Shown piece by piece: positions 14,404-24,380 of a stretch of 30,386 nt of DNA. The first letter of the stretch is position 1, and the number at the start of each line of letters is the position of its first letter. This stretch comes from Raillietiella orientalis (Eukaryota). A model generated the notes under the pieces. That model made no database searches and was not told where the DNA came from. It saw only the letters and a list, made by a program, of their open reading frames with translations. The position numbers and the translations under genes are program-made. The stretch is from contig JAYWIR010000051.1 in the NCBI GenBank assembly GCA_036172245.1, positions 992,001 through 1,022,386 of the forward strand, written 5' to 3'.

Positions 14404-14634
14404 AACCAATAGGGAAGATACTGCCAAAGTGGTCACGTTTTAGAGAAGATTCTTTTTGAAACTACGGCTGCGCAAGCGTTAGAATTTTCGGGATGCCATT
14501 TGTGGATCGATTGGGCGATTCGGGGTGTGTATTACGCCGGCACCACGACCGTACTGCCACGGTTGCTCGATCCTAGTGCAAGCCTCTTATAGGAAGGATG
14601 TGGAATCCTTAAATATACGGATCCACTAATATCT
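14404..14634 (+). repeat. Diverged ~230-bp duplicated block, copy A
   Basis: Collinear with 19907-20138: ATAGGGAAGA, GTGGTCACG, AAGATTCTTTT, ACGGCTGCGCA, GCGTTAGAAT, CCATTTGTG, TTGCTCGATCCT, GTGCAAG, TACGGATCCACTAAT. Confidence 0.85.
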
Positions 14635-15289
14635 ACGGAGGTTCAATCCAGTGTTCGAAACAGTACATGAAGAATGTCGTTGGCATTGAACTTGGGATGT
14701 GCAGCGGGTAAGTGGATGGAAGCATCGAGTTCCCGTACCCGTGGTTCTCGTGAGCGACGTCCTTTCCTGCGCATTCACCCGGTGCGTTCACCCTGAGCAC
14801 AAAGCTCGGAGATTACTGCATACCTTGCTATGAATCCGCAAGGTAAATCGCCCCCTTTTTGAAATTTTTGGGGCGCAACCACTCAGAATCCTTCCTCCCC
14901 TTCCCTGAGCAGTAAAGCCAGGAGCGATCATCAAGATGATCAGTCTTCAGAAGAATGAAGCAGCAGTTTCTTTCTCAGAAGAGGAAGGTATACTTTGGTC
15001 ATCATGGTTGTGCTTTTCCTCGGAAGAGCCTCGTGATAATCATATCAAAATCTTTCTCAGTCCGACGTGCGGTGGGGCAATCTTATCGTTTGCAGTCAAT
15101 CAAACAAACAATCGAGGAGACAGGGAAGATTGGTAAGCCTTTCGGGAATGTACTTTGGTTTGTCTCTATTCATGTCTTCACCGGGCAAAGATTCGTTTTT
15201 TGCATACTCGAGGACGAAGGATCAGGAAGCAAAGAGTAGGGAGGGCAATTGAGGGATGGGTCGTTTAGTACACACTACTTTGTGCCTCC

Positions 15290-18200
15290 TGGTGTCATGT
15301 CAGGATCCCCTGTCTGTCAGCTTTCTCAATCTTTCGAAGGACGTGGCTGAAAATCCACATGCTGACACCCTAGCCCCTCGAAGCTTTGTCTTCCGGATGA
15401 GGATGTTCGAACGAAAATGCCAAAATGCTCCTTAGAGTGGATTGTAAGGGGGAGGAAACAGCCCCCTCTCCTTAGATTCCTCGGAGGGTCCCACATCGAA
15501 ATGGATTTTGGAAGTTCATCGCCTGCTTCGCCACCCTCCTCCACTCTTTGGAGAGGATTCTGCAGATGTACAGGTGGAGTGGGGCTTCTAAGATCCCTCA
15601 CGCGGGACAGGCTCCACCGTTCGGGTTTTCAGTCCAATGTCGGAGCCTTGTGCCGCACAGGATCCCTCCGTGGAACACCAGGAGGCAGTCCCGAATCTCT
15701 GGAGGCAGTTCTGACCTCCAAAGGACGGTCCCTATGGCTATTGGATTTAGGACCGGTTTCCTGAACCTTTCCCACACCTTTGATATCACGTCCTCGGCAT
15801 TGCTTTTCGACTTGAAGAGACATCCAGTCCTCGGGGTTCCACTCTGAGCCAATGCGAGTCCTGGTCTTGGCAGAGTCCGCGGGTCCCGTTAGTCATCCAT
15901 CCTTGCGGCTGGCGCTTGTAATGCAACACTTTGCTTTCGTGGATGTTGGTGGCGAGGTGCTCTCATTCTGCGATGGTGACTGTTTTTATGCTCTAGAGCA
16001 ATTTTTGTGTGGCAGAGGACACGCTGAGGAATCGTGAACGACCAACTCTTTGCCCCGAGGTTCCCTGCTTTTCTGGACGATCCCCGAATTCTTTCTTCGT
16101 GCCAGTTCTTGTTTCCTTCTCGGTGTGGGGTCTGTCAGGTACCACTGTCCTGTTGATCCGTGCAAGGGGCGCACCAGGCCCTCGGTCCCGTTGATACTCG
16201 ACGCTCCTTAGGCTCGATGGGACGCATATGACCATTGGTAATAGGCGCCGACGTGCCTGATGATGTGCCGCAGGTCCCGGAGAACTGGGCAACGTGCGCC
16301 ATGACTGTACCTCCTTCCTGGAGCGGTCAGCACACATACGCTTACTCTCGGCATCCGGTCACTGCTTGCCAGGTGTCGCCGGATGTAAGCCAGGTTCGGT
16401 CACCTTCTCCGGCATGCTGAGGAAGACCGTCCCGAGCGAGAACTTGGGTGTGAACACCGGTTTCATTGTCCTTCTCCCTCAGGGAGAAGTTCGCTCGCGC
16501 CTTGGTGGTCCAATGTTTGATTTCTGACTCTTTCCAGGATGCCCTTCAATTTGAGTCCTCAGAGTGCCAGTGGTCTTTTGGCGTCTCCGATGCGGACTCC
16601 CAAGTGTTTTGCCACGGCTGCTGTCCCGATTCCGTGGGATCTCAGGGGGGTGACGTTTGCTGTCCGGTTTTCATGGCCAAGGCGATTGTCCAGAAACGGC
16701 CTTCCATCCTGCTCGTCTGCCATGACACGAAGAGCAGATCGTCGGCGTAGGCCAGGTGGTTGACTCTCTCCCTTTCCGGGGCGAGTCCCTGCGGTGGACT
16801 CGCCGCCGTCGCGTAGGGCGACACCTGGTCCATGTTCAGAACGAAGAGCACGGGGCTCCAGGTTTCTCCATGTCGGACTCCCCATTCGAACATCCGGTGA
16901 TGCCAAGGCCGTTGATCCTGACGGCGAATTTTGCTTACCGCGTGAGTGGTCAAGGATTCTTATTCGGAAAACCCGTCTTCCCGAGGATCCTGAGCAGCGT
17001 GACGTGATCCCTTCCGATTCGAAGGCCTTCGCGATGCCGATGAGGAGTGCAGCATCAGGTCGCTTCCCGGGATGCGCCTGGATCCTAGCAGGGCTTGGGC
17101 GCGCTTGACGTTCTCCCATGCGTCCTGCTTGGAACGGCGCACGTCCGCGTAGGAAAGACCACAGTCCCGAGGCACTTCTTCAGTCCGTCTGCCCGGATCT
17201 TGGCCATCCACCTCGCATCCTAGATCGACCTCCACTGGTTGGTGGACCAAAAATTGCCACCTCCACCCTTCGGGAGTTACCGCAACCACACCCTGCTACG
17301 ATGCAAGGAGGCGGGAAGTCTACCTCGATCCTCCCTCGGACCCGGATGAGCAGCTGCCGGAAGAATCGCTGGTAGGCCAGCAGGTGCCGCTGACAGTGCG
17401 TTACGGGCGCGTTGTCGGAACCTGCCGTCACGTCCCTGCAAGGCTCCGGGAACGCCGCTTTGAACTCCTCATCGTCCGTAACTTCCGCTTCGATCTCTGA
17501 GGACTGTCGTGCGGCCAGTAGTTTCACCGCACGAAGACGCCTCGGTTCCGAATTCCCTGCCCGGAACAGCCGGGAGAGGCAGTGGCAGAAAGCGCCCACC
17601 CTCTTGTTCCGACGTTCGGCAGTCGGTGTCTCGATATTAGATGTGAAGGATGTCTGTGGATTGGTCTTGCTCCTCCCATATTTCATTTACGTCCTTCTTC
17701 CCTCTTTTGTCCGGGTATCTACTCTGGGGCTCTTCCCAATACGCGAAGTGAAAGGCGTCGCGTCGGTGGATCCCCGGGCAGGCTTCTTCTCGAAGTGTCC
17801 TGTCGTCGAATCGCATGTTTGAGAAGAGGTGGTGGACTGCATGTTCAAGGCGATCTCAGTCGTCTACGGAGTGGATGGTGCTTCTGGCAAGGATTGTCTT
17901 CACGACGCGCTGGTATTGCGGGTAACATTCGCATCAGACTAGCATGCATATGAGTGTTGGCCTTGGCTACTGGTGCTCCCTCCTGGGATTTCACCAGTGC
18001 AACTGGAACCTCAACAGGGGGTAGCCCGAGAAGTCGGGGAGACCAACTGCGTCTACGGGCTCCCGGAGCCCCCTGGATGCGGTTTGCGACGGCCCGTGAG
18101 TGCGGGATGTAGTCGATGTGTGTGAAGCTCGAACCTATCCACGCGATGTCGAGTGCTTCCGCCACGTGGCAGTGAATGCTGAACGTCTAAGGCAAGCCGC

Positions 18201-18988
18201 CGGTTGAGGTTAATGTTGAGGTCGCCCATCTCAGCAGGATGAGACGTCCTTCGGTGCCGCCTTGCTCTTGAGAAGAGTTCCCAAGACCAGCGAGAAGGCT
18301 TCCCTCTTCTCATGAAGCCGTATACCTTCACCGCAAGGAAGACTTCCAGGATGGCCACCACCTCGCGGTTGGGCTCTCCCTGGCTGACGTCGATGGTCGC
18401 TCGCAGGTGCTGCGCCCACGTGGTGTCGCTGCCTGTTCCGCCAGACAGGTGGACGGTCGTCCCCACGATCTCGGAGATGCCGTGGACTACAACCGTCTTT
18501 CGGTTGAGGAGAAGCCCATTGTCGAGATCGTCGATCACCTCCGAACTGTCCGTGTAGATGGAGAATCCCACGACGAACGGCATGATCTCCTTGATACACT
18601 GAAAATCAATTCCTTTGCTGTCGATCCCGAGGTAGATCTCCCTCAATGCTCTGTCCGTCCGCGTCCTGTTCGTCATTACAAAGGTGACCGAGGTCACGTC
18701 CGGGCCGAAATTGCTTAGGAACCGGAACCCCTTTCGATTTGTCAGCAGACGATGCAGCCGCGTACGTGCACCAATGCCCTCGTCGGCGAAGACGCGGATG
18801 CGGTCACGTGCGACAATGCCACGGGTGCCTTGCTGTCGTCGTCGTCGCACGCGAAACTTCCATCCGTCCGCAGGCCGCATCCGTACTCCCCACCGTCTCC
18901 ACGACTACCGGTCTCCGCAGGGACACGCAACCGGAACACCATGCGTCCGCAGTTCAGACAACACAGCTTCTGCCTTTAGATTACGACT
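15290..18988 (-). mobile_element. Decayed, internally deleted relative of the intact element, directly downstream of U5
   Basis: ORF1-like LREIYLGIDSKGIDFQCIKEIMPFVVGFSIYTD...TTVHLSG matches VKDIYIALHQKNVDMDVVQAVIPCGNGFTIYTS...TTVYLKG. EN remnants VKVYG, GDLN, IDYI. RT GVRHGETWSPVLF...HLAYADDLLF and KHLGVRIG. C-terminal SELPPEIRDCLLVFHGGILCGTRLRHWT matches SDLPPDTQDDLLLFFNGGILSGSRLRHWT. Many frameshifts; boundaries approximate. Confidence 0.9.
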
Positions 18989-19110
18989 TGCCCTAACAGG
19001 GCACTCAAAAAATTCGGAAAACGCTCTTTTCGACGCTCCCGCCCACGGATTTCTTTAGTAAAAGGCGAAAGAAATGCGCGCTTAGAGCGGGAGCCCGAGC
19101 ACGTTCCGAT
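18989..19110 (-). ncRNA. U5: U5 spliceosomal snRNA (~116-122 nt; 5' end between 19104 and 19111)
   Basis: Minus strand carries invariant loop I in ATTTCTTT-CGCCTTTTACT-AAAGAAAT, the conserved CCG internal loop, stem GCTCCCGCTC/GGGCGGGAGC, basal stem GTGCTC/GAGCGT, Sm site AATTTTTTGA and 3' hairpin TGCCCT[GTT]AGGGCA. Confidence 0.96.
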
Positions 19111-19133
19111 TGCATCCGATGTTGGCCTGAAAG

Positions 19134-19156
19134 TACAGTTAAGGTCCCCACGTAGT
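19134..19156 (-). promoter_or_regulatory. Candidate snRNA proximal promoter element upstream of U5
   Basis: ACTACGTGGGGACCTTAACTGTA starts about -46 to -52 from U5 and resembles the U1 upstream motif. Confidence 0.4.
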
Positions 19157-19906
19157 GGCGTTGAAGTCAGTTTAGAGCTGATACTTTTGGAAAACAAAAT
19201 CACTCATTTTCTATGTTTAGAAGGTTTCGCTTTCGAAGATAAAGAAAAGGAAGCTCAGTTTCATCTGCGACAATTTCTGTCACGACATTGAGTGGATTCA
19301 TAAGTAAATTTTCAAAAAGATCAAGTCTGCGCTGCCTGCCATCTATCTTACGATCCTTGCACCGAATTAGTGACAAGCATGACGAGAGCCTTCCAGCGCC
19401 GCGCTTTCAATATTTCCAAAGATCGTGCTTCTTCGAGGGTAAATATTTGACGATGACGTTTCCATTTGGAAAAGGCAAACCGCGATTCCTCAATGTTGCA
19501 CCCATATTCGACCTTCGAGCTTTTGTTGACTGCAGTGCACCTTCGTCAAAGAGTCTGAAAGGAAAAGTCCCTAAGCAAAGCGCTCGCAAAGATGCAAAAG
19601 TTGCACCGGTGGTTACCATTTCCCTGCACTTTGAGGGGTGGCTCAACGATTCGAGGGTGACAGCGACGAGAGCATGACTGCAGTGCTGATGTACGGGCTC
19701 AACTCCCTGCGGCGAAATTTGCTGCAGACGGATTCAAGAAGCTTGTTCCGCGGTGTCAAAAGTGGGAAGTGACGGTGAGAACGGGCAAAAATGATATGGG
19801 GATGCATGTGTGTAGAAACCACCACTAGTGCATTTTTGTTTCTCTGATTCGTTCTTCCTTTATATCCGGTTGGCCCTTACTTTGGACATGCGCCTCGTAT
19901 AAACGG

Positions 19907-20138
19907 AACCTATAGGGAAGACGCTGCCAGCGTGGTCACGAGAGGAAACGAAAGATTCTTTTGGAAACCACGGCTGCGCATGCGTTAGAATCTCCTAGAT
20001 ACCATTTGTGCGTCGATTCACCATTTAGGGGTCTGGATTGCGCTGGCTCCACGACACGCTTGCTCGATCCTGGTGCAAGTCTTTTGTCGGAAGAATGCGG
20101 AACGTGGTTCGCCCAAAATTACGGATCCACTAATCTCT
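19907..20138 (+). repeat. Diverged ~230-bp duplicated block, copy B
   Basis: Same ordered motifs as 14404-14634. Confidence 0.85.
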
Positions 20139-20299
20139 CGAGCTAGACGTGCAGTGGCGTGACTTCACACGTCCACAGCTTGCAGCAACACTTGCACATT
20201 CGTTTAAAACAGCATCTCGCACTGTTGTCCACCGTGATGGCTTCCTCTCGGTGTTCTGTCGTAACGCTGTTCTCTTGGGGATGGTGGACAGATGCTTCG

Positions 20300-23011
20300 G
20301 TGCTGCTTTGAGATCACCAGGCCATCTGCAGTTCCTGTAGGTAAGCATACGTAAGTGCTCATGCAGGCATCCTTCGGCAGTTGAGGGTATCTTCAGCCGC
20401 TTTTACAAGGTCTTGTTCGACGGCATGTTTCTCCGCCTTCGCACCCGGATGCTGCTGATGAAGAAGGCAAAGATGGTTTCCAACATCGGGTTGTACGCCG
20501 GAACTTCCAACTCGGACATTCCCGTGGAAGATCACGCATTCAGGACGCCCTCTGGCAAAACGTTCTTCATTCATCCACTGTCCAGTCGTTGGCCAGTGGC
20601 AGACAGATGAGGTAGCACGTGGAGTTTGGTTTCGCCACGCGCTTAGGAGCTTCATGCTGACTTCTCCTTGTGAGGTGTCGAAGCCGAGCACCGCACAAGA
20701 GATCTCCGGCGTAGGAAAGCAGGAAGCCATCTAGCGTGTTCGGTGGTGAGTCGGCTGTCCAGATCGCGGTGACCGCCGATCGCCCTGCAGATTTATCTGC
20801 GTCGTGAGGAAACGTCGGGTTCCCGCTGACAGTACGGGTCTCCCTTGCCGCGTCCGGTCTTCGCATCCTCTCTCTTCACTTGGCTCTCTGGAACACCATT
20901 CACTTCCTTTCCAAAGTTTTCCAGAGCTCCCTCGTCCCGCAGGCCACTCTGCGTCCCATTTTCGTGATCCACTGGAAGAGCCACATCTGGTGGCGGTTTT
21001 CGCTGGTTGCGAGCGGTTCGGAATGCGCGCACGATCTTCAGATGGGGTCTCTGATGAATCACTGTTCCCTGCGGCAAATACACGAAGCGGAATATCTCCG
21101 GAGGCGATCTTTCGTCCCAGAGTCTCTTGGCTTATGGGCTCTATTTTCAGCTGGTGGATGCTGAGCAGCTGCATTTTCCGTGAATTCGAGGGGTCGACCG
21201 AATACCACTTGTCATCCTTGGTCACTGGGGCTACCATCATGCCTCCAGACTCTTACAGCACCTTGGCTCGGGCTATGCAAGCAGCGTAGGGACGCCCATC
21301 TCAAGATCTTAGCGGCTTCGATTAGTTGACGAGCGTCGGAGAGCTGGGCTTCCCACTCTGTCGGTTTCATCCACACGCACGTACTCCGCCAAGTATCGCG
21401 GGAAGCACAGATTCTCCAGAATTCCGAGGAATACTCCCGTGGTCCACGGAGTGGAGCACCTTCACCATGTCGGTGAAGCCCAGCATGCGGTTGTCGCCGA
21501 GGTACCGACTCAAGCCGATCGTTGCCTGGGGCGCACTCGACGTTGTCAGGCATGCGCGTATCCGCGAGGCAGAATCGACGATGGAATTGCCTTTTCCATG
21601 TGGATGGCCCGGATCTTCGCCAGCCACTTGGGACGTCCGTGCTCAAGGTGGAGATTTGCCGCAACTGCGATACTTTCGCAAGGCCCCCGTTTGTTGAGCA
21701 ACAGCCTCATCATGCTTGCATGGGACGACGCTGGAGGCTACCGTCCTCTCCTGATCCCATTCGTCTGAGCTCGTGGAACGGACGGGGACAAACGTGTGGG
21801 TGCCGTCGAACGTGGCGCACGCACGCAACACCGTCACCTGCCGCCACGCCCTAGCGCAGTCCCGCCAACAAGCCCTTGATTTCCTTGACCGTTGATATCT
21901 TGCTCCGGGATATGCTGTGGTCTCGGCCAAGCCATCTCTGCGGATATCGGAGGGCGACTTGCAGCTACATAAGGAGCAGAAAGGAAATGGAAGCGGGAGA
22001 CGTCATGCTCTTGGAACGCCCCGCGGTACCTGCGGTGCCCTCCGACATGTACCAAAGCGCATTCTGGGATTCCATGGAGAAGACGCCTGTGGAGACGTTC
22101 TTGCCCTCCATCAGGCCAGCGTCCCCATTCACGCGGTGGAAAACGTACCGTCACTCGTACTGATCCCAGTACCGCGAGAATAAGCGGTCAAAATCGCGCG
22201 GACTCCATGCACAAACTCCTAGAAGCCGGTACAACAGCTCAGCTACAGGCGGTATCACACATGCACATCTTGCGAGGGCTCGCCGTGGGCGATGACACCT
22301 AGTATACGGGCATCAGAAAGAAGCTTGGAGCATGCTCCTGCAACTCCTGCAAAGACGTCTTCCATATGACTGCGCAATGTAACCTGTTTGCAATCTCGTA
22401 TAGGGAGAAAAACTCACACATTCTGAGGCGTTGTACAACGGCGTATCCCGGAAAAGTAGAACGCCGTAGTCGCTAGACCTCAAAGAACGCGAAATCGCTT
22501 CCCATTCAGCACCATACCACTCTCGATGAGTGTCTCTTGCAGCTCTGCGAACGAGGTATATAGCGAAAACACAATTGATGAAGATAGGATCGCCATTAAT
22601 TTTTCAAAGTCCACATTTCGCTTGAGGAAAAAGACATACATGTCACGCAAATTGGAGGCACCTAACATCCCCATTAAAAAGGTGATATCAAAGTCAAAAT
22701 TCATAAGAGATTTGTCCAACCGCTCTATTTCCAAACTTTCGGGCCTAGAAAACGCCACATTCCTAGCAACTGGAATGGCAGCCGCCACTGCAGCATAAGA
22801 TAGCGACAGCGTTGCCAGTAACGGCGTAGCTCCCACCTTGGAGGAGCGAATTTGGAAAAATAACATAAGCGTAGGGGTCGTCCTAGATCGTCCATCCACT
22901 GGTCGGTTGAAATTGACAACACTTAAGCTTCCGCAAATACAGGCGGAGTCCTTCACCCAAAAGGTGCAAAACAAAAAATTCGCCATGGTATCGCTGCATT
23001 CAGGCAAGTAT
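20300..23011 (-). mobile_element. Second decayed, internally deleted relative of the intact element
   Basis: ORF1-like SYAAVAA and LRDMYVFFLKRNVDF...FSLYTS...GMVLNGKRFR (22480-23022). ORF2-like YWDQYE*RYVF (vs YWPQYESRYVF), ATIGLSRYLGDNRMLGFTDMVK..VDH, KWYSVDPSNSRKMQLLSIHQLKIEP, GDLLCGARLRHLT and PAYNPMLETIFAFFISSI. Boundaries approximate. Confidence 0.87.
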
Positions 23012-24025
23012 CCGGCATGCACAGAAATAAGAAGACGGAAATTATGGAGGGCAGCTTTCAGGTAAACATAAACGTGCTATTGTAAGACTCAATGCTTCCA
23101 ACCGCGATTACTTTCTTTATCACAGCAATTCTGACACGAAGGACTGATATTCACAAATCCCGAAGAACAGCACTGCAAATCGAGATTTTTAAAAAAATTC
23201 GGACAGAATAAGATAAGGGTCACGAACTGATGTAATTATGGAAGTATAGCACATTGCGAATAAGATTACGATAGGGAAAAGGACCAATGCACCGCACACC
23301 CTGCACCCAAACCAAAAGAATGCCTCCAGCCTGTATTCAACTGCAAACAACGCAGACACGACGATTTTGGCAACCTTAACCAAGGAACGGGTAAAGGAGC
23401 TACTCCCTCACGTAAGAGGCCGCCTGCAGGGAAAATGCAGGAGGACAGGAGGCGGAAACGACGAAAGGAAAGCGCCTGCATCGAAGACGTGAACGAGATG
23501 ACAGCCGGAAGCAGTGCACAATTTCCAGAACCGGTGGTTAGCGACAAACGTTGACAAGCAGCAAGCGGAAACACGATGAGAACAGTCCATCGAACCTACG
23601 ACACGCGAAAGGAAGCTGGGCAGGAAAAGTAGACAAAGAGGCAAAACCAAACGAACAAGCTCTAAGGCGCACACACCAACGGGAAGCACGCTTTGCAAAC
23701 GCGGAAAACCGCGGCGAAACAACGCTGGGATCGACTGACGTCGGAAGCACGTGCGCAGCATACGGAGCGACCAATCGCACAGCGGCAACGCCGCACACTC
23801 GCAGCAATGGGGCAACGAATAGTGCACAGAAAGCAAAAGAGAGGGAAGCAGAGATCTCAACAAGGCAAACATCAATCCGACTAAACTCTCGCCAAACCAA
23901 GGCAAAACAAAAAATAATACAAAAAATGTTTAGTACAAAAAAACAAGCACAGCCACAAAAATATCACAAACACATGCCACAAATAACACATTGAAGAAAT
24001 ACTGCGCAGCAAAAAACATCCAGAA

Positions 24026-24046
24026 ACTGCGTGAAACTCAACAGTA
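24026..24046 (+). promoter_or_regulatory. Candidate snRNA proximal promoter element upstream of U1
   Basis: ACTGCGTGAAACTCAACAGTA starts at -54 and resembles the motif at a similar position upstream of U5. Confidence 0.4.
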
Positions 24047-24079
24047 GAAACAATGCCAAATTCTAACATATACAAAATC

Positions 24080-24242
24080 ATACTTACCTGGCTTCGAGGC
24101 GATCTTGGTCACCATGGAGATCCCTCCAGAGTGAGGCTCGATCATTGCACTGCGATTGGGCTGACCTCTGCGATAACCCCAAACGTGGGTTACTCGGAAG
24201 CATAATTTTTAGGCTGGGAGACTGCGTTCGCGCGGACTCCTG
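24080..24242 (+). ncRNA. U1: U1 spliceosomal snRNA, full length (~163 nt)
   Basis: Starts ATACTTACCTGG. Helix H GCTTC/GAAGC. SL1 GAGG-C-GATCTT[GGTCACCATG]GAGATC-CCTC. SL2 has the U1A loop ATTGCAC closed by GCTCGATC/GATTGGGC. SL3 TAACCC[CAAACGT]GGGTTA. Sm site ATAATTTTTAG. SL4 GGGAGACTGCG-TTCG-CGCGGACTCCT. Order and spacing match canonical U1. Confidence 0.97.
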
Positions 24243-24380
24243 CGAATTTCTTCAAAGTAAGTGGTTTTTTTCGAGTGCTGTGTGGAAAGTGGTGCCACAG
24301 AAAGGGACCGTGGACTTTGCCCTACCACCCAGTGTGCGGAGGAGGACGTTGCCCCACGGGATCGGCCCCAGTGGGGGAAA

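Noticed and set aside
20339..20348. Minus-strand ATGCTTACCT, similar to the U1 5' end, at the 3' end of the third element
   Set aside because: It lies in sequence that aligns with the ORF2 C-terminus (RMPA*ALTYAYL vs RIAAWTYRYIL), and no U1 body follows.
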